Below are positions 49,609 through 58,914 of a stretch of DNA of 64,000 nucleotides, one piece after another (positions within the stretch are counted from its first letter, which is position 1; every line of letters begins with the position of its first letter). Made by a program: the position numbers and the translations under genes. The notes under the pieces were generated by a model. The model saw only the letters and a program-made list of their open reading frames with translations. It was not told where the DNA came from and made no database searches. The stretch is from positions 11,713 to 75,712 of the forward strand of contig PCWG01000041.1 in the NCBI GenBank assembly GCA_002787235.1. Direction: 5' to 3'. The DNA is from Nitrospinae bacterium CG11_big_fil_rev_8_21_14_0_20_45_15 (GTDB taxonomy: Bacteria; Nitrospinota; Nitrospinia; Nitrospinales; VA-1).

Positions 49609-49637
49609 CCCTCCCGCAAGGATTACCTTGGGGAGGG
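49609..49637 (-). other. Stem-loop between the porin gene and pstS, related in sequence to 48355-48387
   Basis: ccctcccgcaagg-atta-ccttggggaggg: 12 bp with one bulge. It shares the CCC..CAAGG-loop-CCTTG..GGG layout with the pstS-pstC hairpin. Confidence 0.7.
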
Positions 49638-49667
49638 TTGTCTTGGAGGAGACGATCCTCTGCATGA

Positions 49668-51011
49668 TTAGAAATCTACTTGAAAGCGGATCACGTTGGT
49701 GATCAAAGTTCCATTGTCGGCACCGATTCCGCTGGTGTAGTCTGCGGTCACATAGTTGTACATGACACGTGACATGGGGCTCAATTCCCAGTTGACACCC
49801 AGGGTCAGGCTTTGTTGCTCTCCACCGGCAATACCAGCTTTACCATCGTTCAGGTCCAACTCAGCATAACGCACCGCCAGTTGCACCGCACCCAGACCAT
49901 TGCCTTTGCTCCAATCCTTGTCCCAACTGAAGTTTTGTTTGGGCTTGAAGCGACCGACAGATCCACTTTTCTTACTATAGTTCCGATGCTCACCCGTTAC
50001 ATACCAGGTACCTTGAACATAATAAGCACCCAATCGCCCTTCCGGCCTATCTCTTCGATCCACATAAGTGGTGACATACTCACTCTGCAAACCGAATTGG
50101 TTCAGGTTCAAAGCACCTTCCAAACCTACGATATGATATTTCTTTGCATCGATTGAACCTGTATCCGGGAAATGAGAGGTGATTTCTGTATCGCGAGCTC
50201 CCTGAAATCGCACCAGATTATTCAAAGCGGCTTCATAACTGTAGCTCGCACCCAAATGCAACCAGTCCTTACCATCATCACTGATCATGGGCAAGCCCGT
50301 CACACGAGTGGTCACGTTCCAGTCACCATCAGCTCGGAGATCCGGCGGCCTTTCGCCAGAGGTCTTGTTCAGAAAGGTGAACCAGGTCAACCTTTGATCC
50401 AGATGCTGATTGAAAAATGCAAAACCTATGTTTCGAGTTTTGAAGAACGTGTTGGTTAAAGAACGTTCTATAAAGGTATTGTACTTAGAGCTGGTGACGG
50501 AATCCAGCGAAGCCGGTCGTTTGAAATGACCGACCCTGAAATTTCCGACAACAGGGATATGAGGGACGGAGATATACATGTCCTTGAAGGTCACACCATT
50601 TGCGCCACCATCCACATCGATGTCCCATTTGTACTGAACTGTATTGTAAAGCTGACCGGCCATGAAAAATCGTGCGCGACGGAAACGAGAACCATCCTGC
50701 TGATTGCCGAAAGCACTTATGAACTTGCTGTCTTCATTAAAGAAAGCCCAGTCGTACATGATACGACCACCGACCTGAAACTGAAATTCATTGTCCGCGG
50801 TCCGCATTTTAAGTCCATTCTTAAAATACACCTGAACTTCTTCTTCACCCTTCTTAAACTTCGAATATTTCTCTCTCTCCCGACTTTCCAACTCTGCCAA
50901 ACGTCTCTCCAGACGTTCGATCTGGCTAGAATCTACGGGATCTGCGCCCACATTGCCCACAAACGGCGACAACAGAATCATCAGCCCTATCGCTAATACT
51001 TTTCTTTTCAT
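49668..51011 (-). CDS. Phosphate-selective porin O/P family outer-membrane protein
   Basis: Signal peptide, an N-terminal coiled-coil IERLERRLAELESRE, then a beta-barrel ending in ...IRFQVDF. ATG 51011 follows GGAGGG. Confidence 0.7.
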   Translation of the reverse strand: MKRKVLAIGLMILLSPFVGNVGADPVDSSQIERLERRLAELESREREKYSKFKKGEEEVQVYFKNGLKMRTADNEFQFQVGGRIMYDWAFFNEDSKFISAFGNQQDGSRFRRARFFMAGQLYNTVQYKWDIDVDGGANGVTFKDMYISVPHIPVVGNFRVGHFKRPASLDSVTSSKYNTFIERSLTNTFFKTRNIGFAFFNQHLDQRLTWFTFLNKTSGERPPDLRADGDWNVTTRVTGLPMISDDGKDWLHLGASYSYEAALNNLVRFQGARDTEITSHFPDTGSIDAKKYHIVGLEGALNLNQFGLQSEYVTTYVDRRDRPEGRLGAYYVQGTWYVTGEHRNYSKKSGSVGRFKPKQNFSWDKDWSKGNGLGAVQLAVRYAELDLNDGKAGIAGGEQQSLTLGVNWELSPMSRVMYNYVTADYTSGIGADNGTLITNVIRFQVDF

Positions 51012-51308
51012 CCTACCCTCCATTGATTCATCTTTTTCTCCATTCAATAAAATCTGACTGCGTAAAATTAAAAACAGGATCTGTGCTGGAAACGGATACT
51101 TAGAGACTCATGCAAAGATAACTTCCGTTCAAAATTCCAACCAGTCCCAATAAAAAAATAATCGTCTCGTGACTTTGATATTTAAAATTAAAATTTTTCA
51201 TCTATCCCCCTTCAACAAGGTTGCCTGCTGTTACCGCCAGTGCTTGAACTCTGTAACAGGATCAAAACTTTTTAAATTCAGGATATGTACAAAGACTAGA
51301 CTTTCTTT

Positions 51309-51352
51309 GTTAGCGTTTTATGAGTGCTTCGTTAGGATTGTGTTTGAATATT
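51309..51352 (-). promoter_or_regulatory. Double Pho-box-like array (four 11-bp units), proximal copy, upstream of the porin gene
   Basis: gttagcgtttt/atgagtgcttc/gttaggattgt/gtttgaatatt on the plus strand. The coding strand has ..CTAAC.. half-sites every 11 bp. TAGTCT lies 10 nt downstream (51293-51298). Confidence 0.5.
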
Positions 51353-51473
51353 TCCTGCAAAAGCTCGACAACCTCTTTTAAAATTCATCGTGATTCAATA
51401 CTTTTGCGAATCCGTTCGTGTGACTGACAACCACTCACTATTGATTCAACACAATAAAGATTAGACCCCTTGC

Positions 51474-51517
51474 GTTAGCTTCTTATGAGAGGCCCGTTAG
51501 AATTGCGTTTGAATAAT
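51474..51517 (-). promoter_or_regulatory. Double Pho-box-like array, distal copy (165 bp upstream of the proximal one)
   Basis: gttagcttctt/atgagaggccc/gttagaattgc/gtttgaataat. The -10-like TAATCT sits at the same 10-nt offset (51458-51463). It lies just downstream of the phoR stop. Confidence 0.5.
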
Positions 51518-51541
51518 GTTCAGGAGATAAAGAAGGAAGGA

Positions 51542-53335
51542 TCAATCTGCAAACTGGTGCAGATCTATACGTATGAAAAACTGACTGCCTTGCCCCGGAG
51601 TGCTTTGCACGGAGACCGTCCCATTGTGGGCCTGAGCAATGTGTTTGACAATGGCAAGCCCCAGACCCGAGCCACCGAGATTTCTACTGCGGGCCGCATC
51701 GACTCGATAAAAACGTTCAAAAAGCCGGGGCAGATGTGTCGCCTCAATGCCAGGCCCCCAATCCTGAACGGAAAGAATCAGAACATCATTTTCTATCGCA
51801 CCTGAGACACGGATTTTTTTTCCGCCTTTACCATACTTCAATCCATTCTGAATCAGATTGACCACAGCCTCTTCCAAAAGCGGACGATTCACATGTGCGA
51901 ACAATTGCGCATCACACACCAGTTCCACTTCCATTTGCCCCTCGGTAGCGGCAAAAGCACAATCCTGTATCGTTGATTGAAGCAATTCCCGGATGCGCAC
52001 TTTTTCACGGGAAATTTCTACTCGATCCATCTCCGATTCCATACGCGACAAACTCAGTAAATCGTCGATGATGACATTGAGCCGGGTGGTCTGTTTCATG
52101 ATGATCTGTAAAAAACGCTGAGCCGATTCGGGGTCGTTGAAATCATCCTGCAAAAGAGTTTCAACAAAACCCTTGATCGAAGTGATGGGGGTCTTCAATT
52201 CATGAGAAACATTTGCGACAAAATCCCGGCGCATATTCTCCAATTTTCGTAATTTAGTCACATCGTTCAAAACCGCAAGCGCACCAATTCTTTTGTTATC
52301 CGCGTCCACCAAAGCGGCCCCGTGGGCGTGAATGAAACAATCCTTTTCACCCATCACCGTGAACTGATCTTCAACCGGATCAGAGCTTTCCAAAGTCCTG
52401 CGTATGAATTTCTTTAACTTGCTGTTACGAAAAATTTCATGAAAACGACGACCGCAAATATGGTCGCTCTCGATTCCAAAAAGATCTGCCGCTGCCCGGT
52501 TCACACGCAATATTTTTTCATCCGCATCCACCGCAAGAACCCCTTCGGACATACTGAACAGAACGGCCTCCACCTCATTTTTTTGCAATAAAACAGTGCG
52601 GATGCGACCATCTATCCGCTTCGCCATCCGATTCATTTTATGCAACAAGGGGTCCATCCCCACACCCCCATTTTCAGACGATTTAATAGAAAGATCCCCC
52701 TGCGAAAAACGAGTCACCGATTCCTCCATCATCCGCAACGATTCATTTTCCAATCGGTTTTTTCGCCATAAGATACCCATCAAAATAAAAACAAATGCGC
52801 CCAGAACGAAAAATAACCGGGATGCAAATTCTGCCCATTCCACCATGATTCCATCCGACTCCGCACGCACCAAAACAACACCCACAACTTCTCCATCTTT
52901 CTCAATGGCCGCCGCTGAAATAAATTGACCGCTGTCAATACTCTTATCGGAAAGAGAAGAAGCGATTTCTCCCGCACGCGCTTTCTGAAATTCTGGCAAG
53001 TGCGACTGATTCTCCAATCGACCCGGATCTTTCTGAGAATCCGCCAAAACCCGCCCCGAAGGACCTGCAACTGTAAACCGGTATGAAGCCGCACCCTCCC
53101 ATTGCTCCGTCAAAGCCTGCAATGCCTCAACCTTCTTCAAAGGAAAAAATGTTTTTGCCTGAAGAGACGCAAGACGAGCTCTTTCGTTCAAATTTTCAAT
53201 TTCAATCTCAAGCAACCTGTCCTTGAAGACCGACAGCGAATAACCAACACCCCCCGTTAAAAACAGGCATACAACGAGACAGGTGGGCAAAAAAAAGCGT
53301 CGAAAAAAAATAGCTTTAAACATAGGCTTTACCAA
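51542..53335 (-). CDS. phoR: PhoR-like sensor histidine kinase (TM-periplasmic-TM, HAMP, PAS, HisKA, HATPase)
   Basis: FVANVSHELKTPITSIKGFVETL (H-box) and the N/G boxes (NLIQNGLKYG, DWGPGI, GGSGLGLAIVKHI). The gene sits at the head of the pst cluster. Confidence 0.7.
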   Translation of the reverse strand: MVKPMFKAIFFRRFFLPTCLVVCLFLTGGVGYSLSVFKDRLLEIEIENLNERARLASLQAKTFFPLKKVEALQALTEQWEGAASYRFTVAGPSGRVLADSQKDPGRLENQSHLPEFQKARAGEIASSLSDKSIDSGQFISAAAIEKDGEVVGVVLVRAESDGIMVEWAEFASRLFFVLGAFVFILMGILWRKNRLENESLRMMEESVTRFSQGDLSIKSSENGGVGMDPLLHKMNRMAKRIDGRIRTVLLQKNEVEAVLFSMSEGVLAVDADEKILRVNRAAADLFGIESDHICGRRFHEIFRNSKLKKFIRRTLESSDPVEDQFTVMGEKDCFIHAHGAALVDADNKRIGALAVLNDVTKLRKLENMRRDFVANVSHELKTPITSIKGFVETLLQDDFNDPESAQRFLQIIMKQTTRLNVIIDDLLSLSRMESEMDRVEISREKVRIRELLQSTIQDCAFAATEGQMEVELVCDAQLFAHVNRPLLEEAVVNLIQNGLKYGKGGKKIRVSGAIENDVLILSVQDWGPGIEATHLPRLFERFYRVDAARSRNLGGSGLGLAIVKHIAQAHNGTVSVQSTPGQGSQFFIRIDLHQFAD

Positions 53336-53575
53336 GAATGAAGAGAAAACCGCTAAACATCACAGGAACACCGTTAACCATTATAAGGGCATCTATAAAA
53401 ATTGTACCAGACATTGTAATCTCATATTCGTTATATATACGAAAACATAACGATGGTCAATCAATAAATTTTGCGGCGGCATGGCTTGCAAGTGATAACC
53501 CTTCTCCCAAAATAGTCACGCAGTTAACCTGATAAATAGTTTAACGCTCACAACCTCCAGTAAAAAATTTTTCCA

Positions 53576-53755
53576 TTAATATAAAAACAAGATTTGACCC
53601 CAAAATAGGGAGGAAGAATCATCAAGTAATTTTCGGGCTTCCTTGCGGATCTTCGTACGGTCATAGGCTTTTCTGTTTTCCTGCTTTTTAACATGAAACC
53701 GTTTGCTCTGAAGTTGCTTCACAACATAATCCAAAGGCTTCTTTAAAATCTTCAT
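53576..53755 (-). CDS. Possible small basic protein (hypothetical)
   Basis: The ORF from ATG 53755 is Lys/Arg-rich (MKILKKPLDYVVKQLQSKRFHVKKQENRKAYDRTKIRKEARK). I recognise no family and see no clear RBS. Confidence 0.25.
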   Translation of the reverse strand: MKILKKPLDYVVKQLQSKRFHVKKQENRKAYDRTKIRKEARKLLDDSSSLFWGQILFLY

Positions 53756-53843
53756 GATCTTTTTCCTTAATTTAAAATTCAAACCATCTCAAATACTGCA
53801 CAATTTACCCACAATACAACCTGCCTGTCACAAGGGGATTCCC

Positions 53844-54902
53844 TTACAACTCCCCTAATTCTACAGGGAGATCGCCACGTCCCGGTTCAGAATGAGGAGC
53901 GGTGGCTGGAGATTGAGGATTGGCAACATCCTCCTTCAATTCACGATTCCAGACCTTTTGGATGGATGGCCAAAGATATCTGACCGCCTGCCCTGCGGCG
54001 ATGTCAAACGCTTCCATTTCCGCAACCAGAGGATCCGCATTCTGGGCAACTGCAAATTCGCTACGTGCCGAAATGAGAGCAGAACTTAAAGCCGAAACGA
54101 CATTGAGACTGATATTCGACTGAATGGACACCTCTCCCTCCTGCGAAGTTGCCCGCTGGGAAGATGCCGCATTTCCCAGAATCACCAGATCCGCACCGGC
54201 TTTCAAACCAATATGCGCGGCCACTTTCATATCGCCGTTCAGGGCCTTCATGATAGTTTCTTCGGGAATAGAATCCTGAACAAGCTTGCGACCGATGATA
54301 TTCGCACCCGCCTCTATGAGCTTTTGCGACAGCGCGGTTTCAGATATGGGAACCAGTTGCCAGAAAGGTCGCGGTTTGCTTGAGGTATAACTCAACTCTC
54401 GAATCAATACCAGGATCCCTTTTTCTTTGACATTGCTTGAAAAAAGCCCCTGCGAACTCAAGGTATTGGCCAGAACATTGTAGAAAAAGGTGGCTTCCAG
54501 TTTTATATCGCTGGTTTGGGCAACTTGATTGTCTGCGGCATAAAGAATACGATAACTTTTGACGTAATCTTCCGCATCCCTGACAACACCGCCCAATTCC
54601 CTTGAATTGGATGCATATTCCTCTTCTCCCAAAAGAGATTTCAGCGCATAGCGCAAAGCCTCTTGCAGAGCTTTGGAAATCGCACGTTTTCTTCCGACCA
54701 CATAATTCCCATCATTGACACCCACACTTGCTTCAGCAAAATGCACAGACTGAAACGCTTTTGCTTCAACCGCGTCGGTCGAGTGCCGGGAATGAAAATC
54801 ATCTACCGCAGGTTCTTGCCCGGCTACCGGGCTTGCCAGCAAGCAGAGAATTGACAGCATCAGCAATCCCTGCCAGGAAAATATTTTGAGCAAAAACCTC
54901 AT
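53844..54902 (-). CDS. Hypothetical secreted/periplasmic protein
   Basis: Signal peptide (LLMLSILCLLASPVAGQ). The start overlaps the rluB stop (ATGA). The N-terminal GRKRAISKALQEALRYALKSLLG loosely recalls LPP20/FlgT-N-like domains, but this is unverified. Confidence 0.45.
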   Translation of the reverse strand: MRFLLKIFSWQGLLMLSILCLLASPVAGQEPAVDDFHSRHSTDAVEAKAFQSVHFAEASVGVNDGNYVVGRKRAISKALQEALRYALKSLLGEEEYASNSRELGGVVRDAEDYVKSYRILYAADNQVAQTSDIKLEATFFYNVLANTLSSQGLFSSNVKEKGILVLIRELSYTSSKPRPFWQLVPISETALSQKLIEAGANIIGRKLVQDSIPEETIMKALNGDMKVAAHIGLKAGADLVILGNAASSQRATSQEGEVSIQSNISLNVVSALSSALISARSEFAVAQNADPLVAEMEAFDIAAGQAVRYLWPSIQKVWNRELKEDVANPQSPATAPHSEPGRGDLPVELGEL

Positions 54903-55639
54903 TTTTTTTGCGGAGAAGTTGCCACAAGGTTTTTAAGCGAACGAATTTCTCGCGGTCCCAAAAACCTGAAGGCTCCCAAAGGCAAGTCTCCCAGACCGAT
55001 CCCGGCAAAACAGGTGCGTTTGAGGCGGATGACGGGATGCCCGATCATTTCACAAATGCGCTTGACGTGACGGTTCTTGCCTTCAATCATACGCAACTTG
55101 AGAAAACAATTTTTGCCGCTCATTCTCTGGATTTCCACTTGCAACGGTGCCGTCGGCCGTTCGTCCAGCCAAAGTCCCTTGCGCAAACGGTTCAGTTTTT
55201 TTTCATCCGGAGTGCCACGCACCTTTGCCAGATAAATACGTTCTATCTTGAACCGAGGCTCAAGCAACTTTTCTGAAAGTTCCCCATCATTGGTGAACAA
55301 CAAAATTCCCTGAGTATTGAAATCGAGCCGTCCCACAGGAAACACTCGCCCGGGAACCTTTTTAACAAAGTCCATCACGGTCTGGCGACCCCGCAAATCC
55401 TTGCCCGTCGTCGTCAGACAACTGCCGGGTTTGTGAAAAAGGATATACACCTTCTCCTGCATTCTCGGCAGTCGTTTGCCATTGACCTCGATGACATCCA
55501 CTTCGGGATCAGCGGTTTCCCCGCGTTTGTCAACCTTCTTGCCATTGACCTTGACTTTTCCTTCGCTCATCCAACTTTCGGCCTGCCGGCGAGAAGTGAG
55601 GCCCGCATCTGCTATCAATTTGTGAATTCGTGTTTTCAT
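54899..55639 (-). CDS. rluB: rRNA pseudouridine synthase, RsuA/RluB family
   Basis: S4 domain RIHKLIADAGLTSRRQAESWMSEGKVKVNGK and the catalytic GRLDFNTQGILLFTNDG. Confidence 0.85.
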   Translation of the reverse strand: MKTRIHKLIADAGLTSRRQAESWMSEGKVKVNGKKVDKRGETADPEVDVIEVNGKRLPRMQEKVYILFHKPGSCLTTTGKDLRGRQTVMDFVKKVPGRVFPVGRLDFNTQGILLFTNDGELSEKLLEPRFKIERIYLAKVRGTPDEKKLNRLRKGLWLDERPTAPLQVEIQRMSGKNCFLKLRMIEGKNRHVKRICEMIGHPVIRLKRTCFAGIGLGDLPLGAFRFLGPREIRSLKNLVATSPQKK

Positions 55640-56281
55640 CTATCTATTTTACGCACCATCCAAAGTTATCGTTCAAAACAATTATTGACCCAACCCCAAG
55701 GGTTCCGTCAACTTAAAATCCGTAATTTCATCTGAGTCCCTGCACCCGGCTTTATTTAGAAAAAGCACCACAAGACTGCATGACCCCGTCTATCCCCACT
55801 CCAATTTCAACAATTTTGATTGCCGTAAAATGCCTGAACAGCAACCCGGATCGCTGTCAATACTTGACCGAATCGGGTCACCGCAGATCGTTTGCCAGAA
55901 GTGGGATATCTAGGAGTATCTCAAAGATATCCTATTTTTCATCATGATTTCGAGTGAAATCGACAAAGAAAGGACTTTTTACTGATTTTTTACCTCCTCA
56001 AATTATTCTTCGACGAGGCTCAAAATTTCTTGATTGTGATCGTAAATTTTCGAGGAAAATTCAAAAAAGGGGGAATATTTCAAAATAAACCGTATCTATC
56101 TAAAATATAAACTAACTTCCTGTCTCCCACGCCCCTTTGCGACGGAAGCTCACACAACCTCCCGGCGACCGTTGCAAAGGGGCTTTGATGGGATTTCTTT
56201 TACAATTCAAGCCGATTCCACTTTAAACATAATCATAACAATAAATTACAAGAAATTCTGGCCCGATTGAAATAAAAAATA

Positions 56282-57076
56282 TCAATCCTTGGGTTCTGCT
56301 GAATCCGGTGCATCCGATTCGGGTGAGATGGACTCAGGTGAGACGGGCTCCGGTACTGCCCGCTCCGGTGCTATCGGCTCCGGTGCTACCGGTTCTGGTG
56401 AGACCGACCCGGAAGATTCCGATGTCACATTTTCCTGATCCAGAGATTTCGAACCCATTTGCGAGAGGGTCTGGTTCCAGGGCTCGTCGTCACCGACTTC
56501 CTCATCTGCGAATGAAAACAGGGACTGCTGGCTCGATTCTGGCGTTCCATCATTTTCTTCATCCTTAAGGTCTTCCAGAGTTGGCATATCGCTCAAATCT
56601 TTGAGACCGAAGTATTCCAGGAACTTTCGAGTGGTCTGGTACATGATGGGGCGACCGGGAACTTTTTTTCGTCCCGCAGGAGCGATGATTTTTTTTTCGA
56701 GCAAGTTTCGTACAATGCCACTGGAATCGACACCGCGAATGTCTTCCACCTCTTGCCGGGTCAAAGGTTGCTTGTAAGCAATGATGGACAAGGTGTCGAG
56801 ACTGGGTTGAGACAATTTGGTGGTTTTGTCGAGCTTCAGAAAGGTTCTTATCCATTCGGAATATTCATGACGCGTGCTGAGTTGATAACCCTGGGCAACT
56901 TCTATGATTTGCAAATTCCGGGACTGATAATCGCTTTTGAGTTCCTCCAGAATAGAAATCGCCTCTTTTTCCGACACCCCACCGGGCAGGGTTTGTCGTA
57001 ATTGTTCCGGCGTGAGCGGTTGCTCCGCCGCCAACAAAAGGTTTTCTACTATCGCTTTGAGTTCTTCGCGTTCCAC
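56282..57076 (-). CDS. scpB: Segregation and condensation protein B
   Basis: IVENLLLAAEQPLTPEQL and SQPSLDTLSIIAYKQPLTRQEVEDIRGVDS (winged-helix pair). The C-terminal tail has PE-x3 pentapeptide repeats. Confidence 0.85.
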   Translation of the reverse strand: MEREELKAIVENLLLAAEQPLTPEQLRQTLPGGVSEKEAISILEELKSDYQSRNLQIIEVAQGYQLSTRHEYSEWIRTFLKLDKTTKLSQPSLDTLSIIAYKQPLTRQEVEDIRGVDSSGIVRNLLEKKIIAPAGRKKVPGRPIMYQTTRKFLEYFGLKDLSDMPTLEDLKDEENDGTPESSQQSLFSFADEEVGDDEPWNQTLSQMGSKSLDQENVTSESSGSVSPEPVAPEPIAPERAVPEPVSPESISPESDAPDSAEPKD

Positions 57077-57146
57077 AGAATGTTTCCGTAAAAAATGATT
57101 GTATTGGGTCTGAATGAAGCCGGTTGTTTCTTGAAAATTGCCCGCT

Positions 57147-58328
57147 TTACTGTTTGAAAAATTTACTCAAGGTCAATTCCTGATTCTGGTAATTGGATTT
57201 GATATCTTTGCCATAAACACGTGTGGGCGTAGCCACTACTTTTTCAAAATTCAGCCGGCAAAAAGTTTGTCCGTCTTCAACCATGAAAGGAACATCGTGC
57301 GGCCGCACTTCCATAACCGCTCGGGTGCCCTGGTCGCCCCCTTCGCGCCAGCCAAAACCGGGATCGAAAAAACCCGCATAATGGGTCCGCAATTCCCCGC
57401 TGTTTGGCTCGTAGGCAACCATTTCAGCGAGCAGGTTGGGCTCAATGCAGATTTTCTCTTTGGACATCATGATGTAAAAACTTTCAGGCTCTAAAACCAG
57501 CCGATTTTTCTGCTCCGGCCGCAAGCAGATCGGCTCCCAGAAATCCAGAGCTTCATAATGGTTGATCTTTGAAAGATCGATCACGCTGGAATTGGTCTTG
57601 GCTTTAAAAGCAACAACCGTGTCACTCGATGGCGTAGATAACTGGACGCTGACATACAATCCGCCATCAATTTTGACGTTTTTAAATGGGATGGCGATGC
57701 CATTCGGATCAAACAAAATCGGCTGTTTTTCGTAAATCGGTTCAATTTCATCTTTTCCGAGAATGTCCTGCTTGCTATGAATGAAACGCAACTGGTTGAG
57801 TGTCAAGTTTTCCCGGACTTTCACCGGAAAGGAGCGCGGGATGATCTCCAGATACATTTTACCCTTGTAACCAAAAGGAATTTCATCGAAACGATGCCCA
57901 TTATCCACAATAACACGCGTGAACATATCCACACGCCCGGTCGAACTTTTGGGATTGGTCTTACCAAAAATTTCAGGCGGAAGGTTCAACTCCTCTTGCA
58001 GGGGAATGAGATAAATCGCACCCTTTTCGAGGATACCGCCGTCGCCCCTCAAATCCACCTCATAAAGAGTGAGTTCCTTGAGACGTTCTTCCACCGTATT
58101 ATTTTCTGGCAAAAAACTGCATTGGATGCGATATCCCTTTTGCCCCAGCCTCAAATCCAGGCTCACCGGCTGAAATTGCGCCAGAGAAAGTGCCACGGAA
58201 GAATGAACGATGCCCTGATGGGCCGCCAACTCGATGTATTGACAAGGCAAGTAGCCGGGATGCCCGTTCAACAGCGTGAGCAAGTCTTCGTCTTTGGCGA
58301 TCAATGATTTAGATGATATTGGATTCAT
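57147..58328 (-). CDS. 2'-deoxycytidine 5'-triphosphate deaminase (long DCD family) protein
   Basis: 393 aa with duplicated dUTPase-like beta-barrel halves. The GELRTHYAGFFDPGFGW and STGRVDMFTRV motifs recall the DCD family (assigned from memory). Confidence 0.55.
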   Translation of the reverse strand: MNPISSKSLIAKDEDLLTLLNGHPGYLPCQYIELAAHQGIVHSSVALSLAQFQPVSLDLRLGQKGYRIQCSFLPENNTVEERLKELTLYEVDLRGDGGILEKGAIYLIPLQEELNLPPEIFGKTNPKSSTGRVDMFTRVIVDNGHRFDEIPFGYKGKMYLEIIPRSFPVKVRENLTLNQLRFIHSKQDILGKDEIEPIYEKQPILFDPNGIAIPFKNVKIDGGLYVSVQLSTPSSDTVVAFKAKTNSSVIDLSKINHYEALDFWEPICLRPEQKNRLVLEPESFYIMMSKEKICIEPNLLAEMVAYEPNSGELRTHYAGFFDPGFGWREGGDQGTRAVMEVRPHDVPFMVEDGQTFCRLNFEKVVATPTRVYGKDIKSNYQNQELTLSKFFKQ

Positions 58329-58466
58329 ACCTATAACTTAACTGGAGAGAACTTCAGGTCTGGGAGAGCTGAAGTTGAATACGCATTGACAGGGTCCGCG
58401 AGGTTATGATTTAATCCTATTATTCATAACTTTTCAACAAGATAATTTGAAGCGGTCTGAAAGCCC

Positions 58467-58715
58467 ATGCCTCTTTACGAATATTATTGCGACGATTGTC
58501 AAAAAGATTTCACTTTACTACAATCGTCCCAGGTCAATAAAGACGAAACACAGTGTCCCGATTGCTCAGGAACCCGGGTACATTATAAACTGTCCACCTT
58601 CGCGCCAAAAACCAAAGGTTTTTCGCTGGAAAACAAAGCCCCGGTCACGACAAAAGATTTACCCAATCCCAACGTCATGAACCTGCCGATCCCAAGACTG
58701 AGGTCGGAATTGTAA
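58467..58715 (+). CDS. FmdB-family zinc-ribbon protein
   Basis: MPLYEYYCDDCQKDFTLL...CPDCSG is the CxxC-CxxC FmdB signature. Confidence 0.7.
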   Translation: MPLYEYYCDDCQKDFTLLQSSQVNKDETQCPDCSGTRVHYKLSTFAPKTKGFSLENKAPVTTKDLPNPNVMNLPIPRLRSEL

Positions 58716-58914
58716 ATAAAGACACGAGGCTTGACCCGACATCGGCACCAAAACCAATCATACAATAATGCAACAGGATCGACCCCGATAATATTGAACA
58801 AAATCGAAAAAACTCGATTTTCAGCAGGTTTGGCCTGTGTGTAGCTAAAAAAAATTTCGACTACTTTGTAAAAGAATAATTCTCCCTTTAATCCTTAATT
58901 TTGATTCCCAAACG

